A stretch of DNA of 64,000 nt from Paludibacter sp. (GCA_013426815.1 JACDZH010000001.1:14934-78933); one strand, 5' to 3'. Numbered from the stretch's first letter, positions 41,401-50,836 are shown. Program-made: numbers and translations. Notes: generated by a model from the letters alone, not told the origin.

Positions 41401-42072
41401 TATCATAACTCCACCCTCCCTGACATAATTTTGAAGTTTTGTCAATCTTGGATTAAACGCATCCAGCGCTTCGGCTATAACCACAACTGCATCGGCATCT
41501 TTTGGGTTTTCAGGAAAGTCGTGACGAATATCGGCATATTTTGCCAATGAACCCATCATCATTCTTACCCAACCTTCCGAATCCATATTTTCGATAAACG
41601 AAACCAAACGGATATTCAGATTTTCATGCTTCTGTGGTTTTCGATAATCGAAATGAAATGAAATAGCACGTGCAAACGCTTTGTGTTTGGCATTAATAAT
41701 AATTTTGTAGGCGCCATCATTCATTTCGGCAGGAACTTCAATCGGAAGTGAAACAGTTTGTCCGGGATTTATTACCAAAGTCGATTCACCCGATGTGAGT
41801 TTAGTGCCGGTATAGGTTTGAAGTGACCAGTTTAAGGGCAGATTGGTTGGACTATCCTGATTATTCCTAAACTGAATAAACACCTGTTCGGAAGGATTAA
41901 GTGTAAAACCAATTGTTTCATAATTCCATCCTAAAAACTCAAGTTCTTTAACAGGACTAACTGGAGTTGGAGCAAAACCTTCTTCGTTTTGAGTTTGTGC
42001 AAAAGCCATTGTTGCGAAAGAAACATACATCACAAAAAAAAATACATTTTTTAATAAATTTGATTTTTTCAT
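38428..42072 (-). CDS. Large secreted hypothetical protein (1214 aa) with a class I glutamine-amidotransferase-like domain; possible helical-barrel carbohydrate-active C-terminus
   Basis: Signal peptide; YVREGGVMIIFG and PAVVKGTYGKGKVIYVG; the C-terminal fold is inferred only; no T9SS tail. Confidence 0.55.
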   Translation of the reverse strand: MKKSNLLKNVFFFVMYVSFATMAFAQTQNEEGFAPTPVSPVKELEFLGWNYETIGFTLNPSEQVFIQFRNNQDSPTNLPLNWSLQTYTGTKLTSGESTLVINPGQTVSLPIEVPAEMNDGAYKIIINAKHKAFARAISFHFDYRKPQKHENLNIRLVSFIENMDSEGWVRMMMGSLAKYADIRHDFPENPKDADAVVVIAEALDAFNPRLTKLQNYVREGGVMIIFGQPAPVLSAMLPVTSPGSNYVNDRLKYFENPQTLKTLSEGPWQNFYPQNGPLHYGMKVVAKPNSKVLAEWFDPLFPDKKGTPAVVKGTYGKGKVIYVGTGSGQVWQHNTSMDGIDELALRLLLNEIGGENLVLSMMNQAKLIQSEKDAAEIITRDLVLSDMKVKKPNDFVVVNNNNTGRFGWTVDEGLLIDNMSENGTVSPLGTRDWKIRGGATLQMERQLVYNIKPTKTSAEPISGNISQNWFSKTIEWKYPMDNIITSTVSVGSPAILWEGKLKDISLNINNYTHVSFISGKGIKVIAKGDILQPDEMKENWVLVFNTNKEVQDMPLLVVFTRKPKTIGLNQGIEFTFGNEGFGALFSSRIWGIQRLSPGETTNWLATFPEKAGETTNWLATFPEKAITDARRWSQVFLNYPVNCDEIGWVEGENVLLADRFSFKKFNSEWKTKAKEMICLPPVFFLAKNAGAPVKLPEGLIEMNCNTKYGPLFALNGSSSLTKIPVPLTDHRAIVPVDGRMKVQKEIDHLISGLYPKSLQYSDNSVRNEGPGSLQADLIPYDLSRAVPYYEAPSIDLYKWWYTFNATQVRQVYGDSARQVMDNYHRTRYLETLNFYSHKSFVAQKREPYTLVEYPITFVWPTQTQFGFRNFNDANEAAGHNAYCLANYARYYGDWTTLKANWNLLRYMHDPLSKYNDWAVMSSGSNEYWATSGLDMLNSETFGSLAYAYSAELTGNQKDVVLGKVLGVRSLIPTVARFDLQNYLTSISREGDAWRGFKGFYHFSESGLQLSKNKMGSIGMLDTSKGTYHELALAYKMWSGQRMNNEQIALAGGCNRPARSAGPDVTQRLFLGWNIDSISANILNKNRIIDYNKVPRWQESTSLYDLAILCVGDIPLFLSEWAPAELLDGNYNAEIQIMKLSFRSALNEKYTVRIYSQYQPDELKINNVKNADSFKYDSKNGWLEIYLKGVETNDIEIKFGKKVAPLHPYFTKIDQ
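40199..40282. repeat. Perfect 42-bp in-frame tandem duplication (GETTNWLATFPEKA x2)
   Basis: 40199-40240 is identical to 40241-40282. Confidence 0.95.
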
Positions 42073-42078
42073 AAACTG

Positions 42079-44721
42079 TTAATTATTAATATACAATTTA
42101 GTTGTCTGTATATCTGTTTTATCCATAACTTTCAAAATATAAATTCCTGACTTTAACCCCTTAATAGAAATTGAATTTGAAATCCTTTTTGATAATGGTA
42201 ACATTGTCACAATCCGCCCCTGAAGATCAAATAAGCTTGCTGTAGCATCTGAATTAAAAGAACCAATGATAATAATTTCGTTATTTTCTATAAAGTATGA
42301 AAATGCCTGATTTAATTCTGTTATTCCTGTGCAATGATTTAATGAAGCCACAACAAACAATCTTTCGACACTTTCGATACTGCCTATAGTTTGGCTTGCA
42401 AAATAATATTTTCCCGAAACGAGAGCAGTTGTAGATGTAATTGTATCGCCTCCAACGGCATTTTCATACCATTTAATTTTGCTACCATTGGCAACTAAAT
42501 TAGCTATTGTGGGTAAAGTTTCTTTGCAAAACGATTGAGATGAATTACCAGATGGAGCAGGTACACTGCTTGCATTTCTGTAAAACAGACCCAGATTTTT
42601 AGCAGCCGAAGTTGTTTTAGTTACTGAGTTAAATATCTCTTTAACAATATAATAGGTATCAATATCTTTTACATTTTTGACACAGGTAGCCAAAATATTG
42701 TTGCAATTTCCTTCCACCCTTATTATAGCCATACCTGCTTTCAAATCAATTTTTCCAGCCATGCAATAAAGTCTGATATTATTAGAGTTATTAATGAGTA
42801 ATGGTGAGCTTGACTCATCTCCAACCGTTGCTTCCGATTTAAAATAGTGAAATTCAACATTCGAAGAGTTGCGTATCTCAACCTGAACGCCACTCGAAAT
42901 CCTTTCGGTATTGAGCCCATAAAACCGAAGCGGTTGAGTGGTATTTTCAACCAAGATTTCTCTATATGCCGGATTCTCGGTTATTCCTGTTAATAAACCG
43001 TTTTCCGAAGCAAAAGCATAGATTCGTCCTCCTGTAGTTGGGCCTGAAAATTTTAATATCTGATGATCAAGACTCGAGGAGCCTGCTCTTTCCGATGCGC
43101 CTACAAAAAGATCTCTAATCATTGAATTGGAACCACATTGCCATGTAATTCTAACCATATCCTTGTGAATAAGTGGATTGGTTTGAAGTCCAATAAATGA
43201 TAAATTGGTTGTGGCATTTATATCATCATTCGTTTTAATTAATGTCTTTGGAGAAGAAGTCTTCCAGGTATTCATTGGTTGAATAATCGAGAAAACTTTA
43301 CCTGATCCAATTAATTGAGTTTTACTCCTAAGAAAAAGCGTTGAATCAATCTGATATGTTCCTGTTGGAACGAATACCTTATTGTAATGATCGATTGCCC
43401 ATTGCAATGCTTTGGTATCGTTTGTTGTTCCATCTCCTTTGGCTATTCCCGGTGCTCCGGTCATTTTATCAGGATCTTTAACATTCACAAAATCAGCATC
43501 ATTACGCATCCCTACCGACAGGAATAATTCAGAGTCCCAAGTGTGTTTCCTGATTAGCTCAATGGGTGTAGGAGTTTCCCCTGATCCTAATTCCATTTTT
43601 GTGGAAACGGCTGTTGATAATTCGCCATTTATTAAACTCTCACTCGAATTACCTAAATATTTTAACTCCTTGATTTCATTCCATTTATTAGGTGTTAATG
43701 CAGTAGCTGTATTGTCTAATATAACTTTTTCACAATTTCGTAAGTAAACATTTTTCATGTAAAGATTTAAACCCGGCACAGGCAATACATTAGCGACCGG
43801 AAGTGCCCTGATATTGTCAATCATACCATCAATCATTGTAATTCCACCTCTGGTAGGGAACTTGTTGATAATAGGTATATTATTCAACTCGAGGTGAAAT
43901 CCAGAAATCAAAATAGGGGAAGCACATTGCCCATTTCTTATTACTGAAATTTCCTGATCTTTGCATTTAATACCTGCCAAAATAACGTAAGCAGCATCAT
44001 AAGTATCATTGAAGTACCAGGCATATTTTCCTCCTTCCACTTCAATATTGTAGTTTCCCCCACCCTGCCCTACACAATTAAAAAAGCCGGCGTAGGCATG
44101 TTTAGCATTTACTTTAATATCCTCAATAGTGCAACATTGTGCCCCTGCAAAGCGTATTGCAACAGCTCCCGGATTTTCACTCAAGTCAAAATTAAGACCT
44201 CTTATCACCATATTAAAGTTGATATTGGACTGGTCCATTTCGGGATTTGTACTTCCGGCATTGGCTCCATCTCTCATTTGTCCCCAAAGCCAAAAAATTG
44301 GTTTAATCTTTCCGTTTTCGTAGCCGGTAGCGCCCGCAACCAATTTAATAACCGGTCTGGGATTTTCAGCTCCAACTATATGTACAGCTTTACGTCTTTC
44401 GCTTAACCAGTTTTGTCCACTTTGATATACAGGTATTTTTGCTGTTATGGTATCATCCACAAGGTAAGTGCCTGATGGAAAATAACATGCTAATTTGTAT
44501 TTTTGTGAAGCAAGTAAAGCATTCCTGATATTATTAGTACATACCGTTGTTCCTGTATTATCGGCACCAAAAAGTCGTACATCCAAATAACCAAGTTTGA
44601 AATACGGATCATCTGCCGGAACTTCAGGTGGACGATTTTGGGAAAAAACAGTTGAAAATATAAAAATAGCAATAGTCAATGTGATAATTCTTCGTATTTG
44701 CTTCGAATTTATTGTTAACAT
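42079..44721 (-). CDS. T9SS-secreted tandem beta-helix protein (Pectate_lyase_3/GH55-like) with an Ig-like module
   Basis: Two beta-helix starts (YLDVRLFGADNTG...YFPSGTYLV; AKGDGTTNDTKALQWAID..VFVPTGTYQI), PAPSG..QSFC...IKWY Ig module, CTD (LFDLQGR...GIYILK). Confidence 0.8.
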   Translation of the reverse strand: MLTINSKQIRRIITLTIAIFIFSTVFSQNRPPEVPADDPYFKLGYLDVRLFGADNTGTTVCTNNIRNALLASQKYKLACYFPSGTYLVDDTITAKIPVYQSGQNWLSERRKAVHIVGAENPRPVIKLVAGATGYENGKIKPIFWLWGQMRDGANAGSTNPEMDQSNINFNMVIRGLNFDLSENPGAVAIRFAGAQCCTIEDIKVNAKHAYAGFFNCVGQGGGNYNIEVEGGKYAWYFNDTYDAAYVILAGIKCKDQEISVIRNGQCASPILISGFHLELNNIPIINKFPTRGGITMIDGMIDNIRALPVANVLPVPGLNLYMKNVYLRNCEKVILDNTATALTPNKWNEIKELKYLGNSSESLINGELSTAVSTKMELGSGETPTPIELIRKHTWDSELFLSVGMRNDADFVNVKDPDKMTGAPGIAKGDGTTNDTKALQWAIDHYNKVFVPTGTYQIDSTLFLRSKTQLIGSGKVFSIIQPMNTWKTSSPKTLIKTNDDINATTNLSFIGLQTNPLIHKDMVRITWQCGSNSMIRDLFVGASERAGSSSLDHQILKFSGPTTGGRIYAFASENGLLTGITENPAYREILVENTTQPLRFYGLNTERISSGVQVEIRNSSNVEFHYFKSEATVGDESSSPLLINNSNNIRLYCMAGKIDLKAGMAIIRVEGNCNNILATCVKNVKDIDTYYIVKEIFNSVTKTTSAAKNLGLFYRNASSVPAPSGNSSQSFCKETLPTIANLVANGSKIKWYENAVGGDTITSTTALVSGKYYFASQTIGSIESVERLFVVASLNHCTGITELNQAFSYFIENNEIIIIGSFNSDATASLFDLQGRIVTMLPLSKRISNSISIKGLKSGIYILKVMDKTDIQTTKLYINN

Positions 44722-44762
44722 AATGGTATTTATTTTATATATTAGTACTACTAAAATTAAAT

Positions 44763-46928
44763 CTATTTGGTTTTGGGATTACCTTTACCAGATGCATTAA
44801 TCAAAAACAAACCATCATGAGCCGGAATAGTAACTTCGGTAACAGTTTGTCCATTATTCGCTGAAGTATCAAGATTTCCTTGAATACGTTGGTAACTCTT
44901 TTCTAATTTAATTGTTTGAGGTGTAGCACTTGCATTGGCAAGAATAATTCCGTTTTCGAAATCGCGTCGAAACATATCGGCTGTTCCAGCAAACAAATAC
45001 AATTGATCCACACTGATTTTTGTTAATTCTCCACCAATTTCGAAGGTAATTTCAGGATTTCCACCCGATTTCTCTTTCCAGTTTAATACATGTTTACTCC
45101 AACCTGGTGTGGCAAATATCTTCTGTGAAAAGGAACCCAATTTAACTTTAATAATGCGTTCGGGATTTTTATTCTGAACACTGAAACACAAAGTGTACTC
45201 CTGATTTGCTTTTAACTCAACCGAAGGACCTGAAACCGAAGCTCCTTCTAAATGGAATTGATTGTTAGGTATTTGAGGTTCGATTAAAAGCGAATATTTG
45301 CCTTCGTATTTAATATCAGAAACCTGCTTTGCTGTAGCCTTTTCACTTTTCCACGAAGTACCAATTGATGCTTCAAAATTTCCATTAGGAATTAAATTTT
45401 TATCCGAAGTAAAATTAGCTCTATCGTATATGCGTTTATACTGACCTAAAGCTTTTCCCAACCATTTATTATTTGCTAGAATATCTTTAGTATTTGCTTT
45501 AAGTACTGATTTTCCGTAATTTTCACCTTGTTGGGTATAAACAGCATCTTCGTCGAAATAATGGAAGGCATCATCAAATCCATTTTGATTACTAAACCAT
45601 GCACCATCAAACATCATGGTCATAGCATACGAAAATCGAACAGGAGAATTACGTTTTTCACCAGATTTGCCCGGATAAATGGCACTTGCTTCTTTTCCCT
45701 GAACATCAGTAACCCTTGGTACGATAACACCATGTCCGGTTTGAGCTTTCATACCACTTATATAAAATCCTTTGTAATTATAATTTTGAGCTTTTACACC
45801 ATTTTCGCCAAATTGATGCGACCAAGCTGCTTCCATTTGTGTTCCATTGTTCGAAAGAACCCCATAAGATTCTGCAACACCACCCAATATAACAGCATTT
45901 GTCAAACCACGTTTATCAAGTCCTTTACGCACATTACTGTAAAACAATTCCAATCCTTTACCCCAATGATTATTACCCAGCTCGTCATAACCCCAATCGG
46001 GAGTTCCGTCATTATCAAGGTCAGCGTTTCTTGTTTTAATGCTACCTCCATCAATAAATGCAAATGGATCAGCATCGTAAAGTATACCATCTACATCGAT
46101 AGTTGATTGTTTCCCGAATTCATCTTTGTCGAAATTAACCGACAACCAATCAGAGAATGCCTCGTGCGCTCTTTTTCCGTTTTTATCTTTTGGAGCCTTA
46201 GTAGAATGGTTATAAACCCAGTTCAAATTTCCGGTGCCATTTCCGAGTTGATGTTGGGCAATGATTGAGCCCGATGGCCATGAACGTGCTTCGCTCTTAT
46301 ACCCTCGCATTGTAATGGTGATAATTGAACCTGCTTTTGTAATCTTTACATGTTCAGCATTTTCCCACGAATCTACAGGTCTGATTACACAATAGGATTC
46401 ACCGTCTAAAATATTAGCTTTGTTTTCCACATTTATTACTATATTTTCTTCGACACCAATTCCGTTAGTCAGTTTTGTATATGCCTTATAAGCCCAATGT
46501 CCTGCAAAAATCTGATTATTGGCAGTTGCCGGACCCGTGGTATTAAATGGATACCCGTTACCCTGCATATTAGGAGTATCGCTGGCACCCTGATAAGCTT
46601 GCGGACTAAATTCTCGCAGATAGCTGAGGTTGGGATTGAAAGCCCGCGCACTTTCCACTTTTTTGGCAACAAATAGTTTTGCACAAACAATATCGAAACA
46701 AGCCATTGCATCTGGTGAAAGGCTCGAGTTCTTTAAAGTGCCAATGCTGCGTCTTGGGTAAGTTTGATTAGCCGAGAGCTTATTTTTTTCGACCCTGGTA
46801 ACAGAATTTACAGGAGGCTGGTCTTCCAACCAATCTAATTTTTGAGCTGAAACAAAAATGATGGAAATAAATATTCCAATAATAAGTAAAATAAATGATT
46901 TTAGATTTTGATAATGCATTGATTTCAT
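44763..46928 (-). CDS. Uncharacterised putative glycoside hydrolase with a CBM4/9-like domain, paralogue A (721 aa, no T9SS tail)
   Basis: Family motifs shared with 50837, 58675 and 60856: LDWLEDQP, DGILYD, ADLDNDG..DWGY, GTQMEAAW, FHYFDEDAVY, NGNFE, FRRDFENG. Confidence 0.7.
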   Translation of the reverse strand: MKSMHYQNLKSFILLIIGIFISIIFVSAQKLDWLEDQPPVNSVTRVEKNKLSANQTYPRRSIGTLKNSSLSPDAMACFDIVCAKLFVAKKVESARAFNPNLSYLREFSPQAYQGASDTPNMQGNGYPFNTTGPATANNQIFAGHWAYKAYTKLTNGIGVEENIVINVENKANILDGESYCVIRPVDSWENAEHVKITKAGSIITITMRGYKSEARSWPSGSIIAQHQLGNGTGNLNWVYNHSTKAPKDKNGKRAHEAFSDWLSVNFDKDEFGKQSTIDVDGILYDADPFAFIDGGSIKTRNADLDNDGTPDWGYDELGNNHWGKGLELFYSNVRKGLDKRGLTNAVILGGVAESYGVLSNNGTQMEAAWSHQFGENGVKAQNYNYKGFYISGMKAQTGHGVIVPRVTDVQGKEASAIYPGKSGEKRNSPVRFSYAMTMMFDGAWFSNQNGFDDAFHYFDEDAVYTQQGENYGKSVLKANTKDILANNKWLGKALGQYKRIYDRANFTSDKNLIPNGNFEASIGTSWKSEKATAKQVSDIKYEGKYSLLIEPQIPNNQFHLEGASVSGPSVELKANQEYTLCFSVQNKNPERIIKVKLGSFSQKIFATPGWSKHVLNWKEKSGGNPEITFEIGGELTKISVDQLYLFAGTADMFRRDFENGIILANASATPQTIKLEKSYQRIQGNLDTSANNGQTVTEVTIPAHDGLFLINASGKGNPKTK

Positions 46929-46959
46929 GTTAAGTTAATGTTTTTTCAAAAAAATATAC

Positions 46960-48228
46960 TTAATTAATTGATTGATAAACAAGATTATAAAACAAGTTAT
47001 AATAATTTACACCTGTTTGATTAGGCATCATATTTGCATAAACAAGTAAAATCATATTTTCCTTCGGGTCGATAATATAATCGGTTCCAAACATGCCTCC
47101 CCAATGCAAAGCGCCCTCCGAAATCATGGTTCGATAACTATATTCTTTACGATATATTTCAAATGCTAATCCAAATCCTGCTTCACCTCGCTTATCGCCT
47201 ACCTGATTTTTATGTAACATTTCTATCGTCTTTCTACTTAAAATCCGATGTCCGTTAAATTCACCACCATTAAGTATCATTTGTAGAAACTTAGCATAAT
47301 CCTGAATAGTGCCACATAAACCACCACCAGTACTGAAAAATGTTTGTGCACCTGCATACGAATAACTTTGAAATGTTCTATTAGGATTTACTTTTAAATT
47401 CAAATCTTGATCATTTTGATATAAAGTTACCATACGATTCATTTTTTGTTGATTCAGTACAAACCGTGTTTCATTCATTCCAAGCGGATTAAATATTCTT
47501 TCTTTGAGTACTTTATCTATTGTTTTGCCTGAAATAATTTCGGTGAGATAACCAATAACATCGATACCCATTCCGTAAGTAAATTTCTCACCTGGGTCAA
47601 ATTCCAGAGGGCATTTAGCTAAAAGTTTAACAACTTCTCCAAGCGTTTTGGGCTCATTGGTTAATAACGACCCTGTCGGTATACCTATTTTTTCGTAAAA
47701 TTTACGCGAATTTGCGTTTCCATAAGTGATTCCGGAAGTATGTGTAAGTAATTGCCGGATTGTAATATCAGATTTTGCAAGGTGAGTTACAAAGGTCGTG
47801 TCTGCAGCATTAAATGAAACTACAACCTGAGGATTTCCAAATTCAGGAATATATTTTTTTACAGGTTCGTCGAGCAAAAATTTTCCTTCTTCAAAATAGG
47901 TCATTAAGGCAGCAACTGCAATTGCTTTGGTTTGCGAAGCCATTCTGAAAATATCCGATGTTGTACATGCTGTCTTATTTTCAATGTTCCTCCAACCATA
48001 GGCTTTGTTATGAATAACTTTTCCATCATTAGCAATAAACGTTACAGTATGAGGAAGTACACCCGTGTCCACTAATTTTTTGAATACTGTATCGATTCGG
48101 TTTAATCGTTGAGCATCAAACTTTTTCGGAATTTTATTTGAGAAAACAAAATGTTGGGGTATTAGTTGTGAATACGCTTTATTACAAATAAATAATACCA
48201 AAAAAATATATATAATTACTATTCTCAT
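46960..48228 (-). CDS. Serine hydrolase, beta-lactamase/esterase-like family
   Basis: Signal peptide; FRMASQTK (SxxK), LLTHTSG, FDPGEKFTYG, STGGGL, WGGMFGT. Confidence 0.88.
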   Translation of the reverse strand: MRIVIIYIFLVLFICNKAYSQLIPQHFVFSNKIPKKFDAQRLNRIDTVFKKLVDTGVLPHTVTFIANDGKVIHNKAYGWRNIENKTACTTSDIFRMASQTKAIAVAALMTYFEEGKFLLDEPVKKYIPEFGNPQVVVSFNAADTTFVTHLAKSDITIRQLLTHTSGITYGNANSRKFYEKIGIPTGSLLTNEPKTLGEVVKLLAKCPLEFDPGEKFTYGMGIDVIGYLTEIISGKTIDKVLKERIFNPLGMNETRFVLNQQKMNRMVTLYQNDQDLNLKVNPNRTFQSYSYAGAQTFFSTGGGLCGTIQDYAKFLQMILNGGEFNGHRILSRKTIEMLHKNQVGDKRGEAGFGLAFEIYRKEYSYRTMISEGALHWGGMFGTDYIIDPKENMILLVYANMMPNQTGVNYYNLFYNLVYQSIN

Positions 48229-48248
48229 TTTTATCTATCAATTTTAAT

Positions 48249-48303
48249 TTGTAAGTAATATTATATACAATTTGTGGACAGAAAAAAATGTGTTATACAA
48301 CAT
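48249..48303. promoter_or_regulatory. 55-bp conserved upstream motif, copy 1
   Basis: 47/55 identical to 53301-53355; both copies lie just upstream of minus-strand transcription units. Confidence 0.6.
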
Positions 48304-48425
48304 AAATACTCCCTCGCTCGCCATCGCTTACAACTTCGCAATGCAAACTGAGCGTAAGTCTACATCCTACGCTCGGTCAAGATGAATTTTGTAGTTATTT
48401 TGGAATAAAAACCAAAAAATGATTG

Positions 48426-48433
48426 TATATTTG
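48426..48433 (+). promoter_or_regulatory. Bacteroidetes -7 box TATATTTG for the toxin-antitoxin operon
   Basis: Consensus match 45 nt upstream of the antitoxin ATG. Confidence 0.5.
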
Positions 48434-48478
48434 CAACTCTGAATTTATAATTAATAATTTAACAAAAATAGCTTTATC

Positions 48479-48697
48479 ATGGCACGAATAGCAGGCATTA
48501 CAATAGAAAAGGACGAACGCGGCAACGCACGATTTGCCCGTATTGATTTGCGTAAACATGGCGAATTATTTAATCCAATTTTAAAGGGAGTTGGAGTTGA
48601 TGTAAATAACATAAAACTTACATCCAAACTGAAACGTAGTATTGATGAAGCTAAATCAGGTAATTATACTCGTGGTAATTTAGAAAATTTTTGGTAA
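48479..48697 (+). CDS. Putative antitoxin (72 aa; not obviously Phd/YefM at the N-terminus)
   Basis: Small ORF upstream of the toxin with a TAATG overlap; C-terminal LKRSIDEAKSG resembles YefM-type toxin-binding helices. Confidence 0.65.
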   Translation: MARIAGITIEKDERGNARFARIDLRKHGELFNPILKGVGVDVNNIKLTSKLKRSIDEAKSGNYTRGNLENFW

Positions 48698-48996
48698 TGG
48701 AATATTTCGAAACGCGCACAGCATTAAAGGATAAACAAAAAATTAAATCAATGGACGGTTCTACTAAAAAACGATTAAAGGATATAGTAGAAAGTATCAT
48801 TGAAAGTCAGCTTGATTTAGATGCTATTGGAAAGCCTGAACAATTAAAGTATTCCGATATTGATTTATGGTCAAGAGAATTAACAAAAAAAGATCGTATT
48901 GTTTATGCTATTGAACCTGGATATTTATATGATATGAGCAATGAAGCTGAAATAATAGTATTTTATCAATATTTAGGACATTATACCGACAAATAA
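48697..48996 (+). CDS. yoeB: Txe/YoeB family mRNA interferase toxin
   Basis: IGKPEQLKY...WSRELTKKDRIVY matches the YoeB GKPEPLK..WSRRI..HRLVY pattern; ATG at 48697. Confidence 0.8.
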   Translation: MEYFETRTALKDKQKIKSMDGSTKKRLKDIVESIIESQLDLDAIGKPEQLKYSDIDLWSRELTKKDRIVYAIEPGYLYDMSNEAEIIVFYQYLGHYTDK

Positions 48997-49119
48997 CCAC
49001 CCACTCGCCATAGTAAAAAAAAATCTCGAACTACACACTGAACCCATGGCTCAACCTACTTTTAATATTTATTACATTCAAATATGCAAGCTAGGAGACT
49101 TGCTACCTACCTGACGAAG

Positions 49120-49203
49120 TCAAAGAGTATTCGCCCAACGGTTCATTTCCGTCAAACCTTCACCTCCATCGGTTAGCGAAATATTAAAAATCTGTATCTG
49201 CAT
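49120..49203 (-). pseudogene. 5' stub of an HRDC-type DGR accessory-like gene
   Basis: MQIQIFNISLTDGGEGLTEMNR then divergence and a stop; resembles the MQIKxFxIP..D.GE..EE(L/M)NRFL N-terminus of DGR-linked HRDC proteins (recognised from memory); same strand, about 240 nt downstream of the FGE gene. Confidence 0.45.
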
Positions 49204-49253
49204 TTTTCTGAAAAATAAAAATCGACCGCTTCGCGGTTAAATAATAATTCTTT

Positions 49254-49288
49254 AAGTGATAGCCTCACTTTTAGTGAGACTATCACTT
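49254..49288. repeat. REP-like palindrome AAGTGATAGCCTCACTTTTAGTGAGACTATCACTT
   Basis: 15-bp arms with one mismatch; same GTGATAG...CTATCAC family as 12799-12856. Confidence 0.75.
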
Positions 49289-49445
49289 ATATTAAAAACC
49301 CCTTGCGCTTGCTTCGGTCGTCTCTCTCAGCTTCGCTCGAGAACCGCCTCCCTCGCAGGCGAATGGTTTTTCCTTTTCCCCTCTCCTCAAGGAGATGGGT
49401 GAGGGGTGAGGTTTTTTTCTTTTTTTTAGCTCAAAGCCCTGTGAA

Positions 49446-50408
49446 CTATGGGACGAACACCACCCGGAACCCTAAAGTGAAGCCGTTGCTGATCGGGGTG
49501 TTGTCAGTGCGAATAGCTCAGCGGCAATACCGAGCGTATTCGTTCCAACTGCCACCACGAATCACGCGGTACGAGCCCGTTGTAGCACCTGTAGGGTTGT
49601 TCTGAGCAGTGGTAGGATAAGTGCCGTAACAGTCGGCGCACCATTCCCACACATTCCCGTGCATATCGTAAAGACCGTAGGCATTGGCAGGATTAGTACC
49701 TACCGTTTGGGTTTTGCTTAATGGTGTAGTAATTGTATTGGTACAAGTGCAGTAAGGTGACGACCACCTATAATTGGCTTGCAAATTCGTTAAGCAGTTA
49801 CCGGTACTAAAGGGCGTGGTAGTACCTGCTCGGCAGGCATATTCCCATTGGGCTTCGTTAGGCAAAGTACCACCTACGTTAGTAGCAAACTCAGTTGCGC
49901 CATACCAAGTTACTCTATTCACCGGAGCATTTTCGTAACCTACTACTGGTACCCATTGGCTGCCACTGTAATGTAAACCAAAGTCGTAAGTATCACTTCT
50001 GGCATAAATCAAAACCTGCGTTGGATATGCACCTGCTGCATACTTACCATCGCTACCAATACTTTTGGCATTCAAAAAGGCGGCATACTGCGCATTCGTT
50101 ATCTCGTACTTACTCATACGGAAGCTACTAAGAGTAACGGCAAACTGAGTTTCGTTGGTTTCTCGGTTTACTTCGGTTACAGGGCTGCCCATTATAAACA
50201 TGCCACCCATAATATGCGCAGTCTGAATATCGGCACCCGGAGTAGCTATTACCGGTTTGTAAAAGATAATGCTGTCCACACCGGTTTTCTTAATTGATTG
50301 TTTGTTGATTATCACACCACCTTTCATTACATACATGGTGTCGGTTTGCGCTTGAAGCAGGGCTGCGGGAAAAATGAAAGCTGCTAATGTTAGAAATATT
50401 TTTTTCAT
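49446..50408 (-). pseudogene. Secreted FGE/SUMF1-domain protein with a DGR variable-region-like C-terminus and an in-frame TGA at 49518-49520
   Basis: Signal peptide; GGMFIMGSP, KYEITNAQY, LPNEAQWEYACRAG, YDMHGNVWEWC, RVIRGGSW; the frame continues past TGA as AIRTDNTPISNGFTLGFRVVFVP*. Confidence 0.8.
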
Positions 50409-50434
50409 GATTGTATAATATTTTATGGTTGCAC

Positions 50435-50462
50435 GTAAAGGCGGGGCGCGCCCCGTCTCTAC
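50435..50462. repeat. GTAG-type REP palindrome (minus strand GTAGAGACGGGGCGCGCCCCGCCTTTAC)
   Basis: GC-rich 28-bp imperfect palindrome directly upstream of the FGE gene. Confidence 0.75.
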
Positions 50463-50836
50463 ATTGTGCCATTGTTAATTTTTTAAAGAATTTGATGGTT
50501 TGTATTTCTGTTCCGTTATTTATGCGGCAAAGATTAATGCCTTGCCCAAATTGTGATACGAGTATCTGGTGCTTGTTTACATCCGTAAAATGTGCATGGT
50601 AAAGCATTTTGCCATCAATCGAAAATAAAAGGATATCAGGGCTACGCCCCTCAATATCATTTTTACATTCTTTGTTCTACAAAGATATCGCAGCTATGCT
50701 GCTTAATAACTCTGACAATGGGTGTTAGCCCTAATATCATTGTCAATTTGTGAACCATTTTCAACAAACAAATTTGCGTTGGCAAAATAATAAAAATATT
50801 TATATTACTCAACACACTAAGGCGAGCATGGGGACA

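Noticed and set aside
46960-48228. Beta-lactam resistance gene
   Set aside because: SxxK-family serine hydrolases of this type are mostly esterases or peptidases, and the CAZyme context favours an esterase. Resistance cannot be inferred from the motifs.
23087-49520. Stop-codon reassignment or Sec/Pyl recoding to explain the in-frame TAG (23087) and TGA (49518)
   Set aside because: TGA and TAG end conserved genes normally here (280, 3829, 5586, 49446), long ORFs have no internal stops, and the positions correspond to Lys-like and Ser residues rather than catalytic ones.
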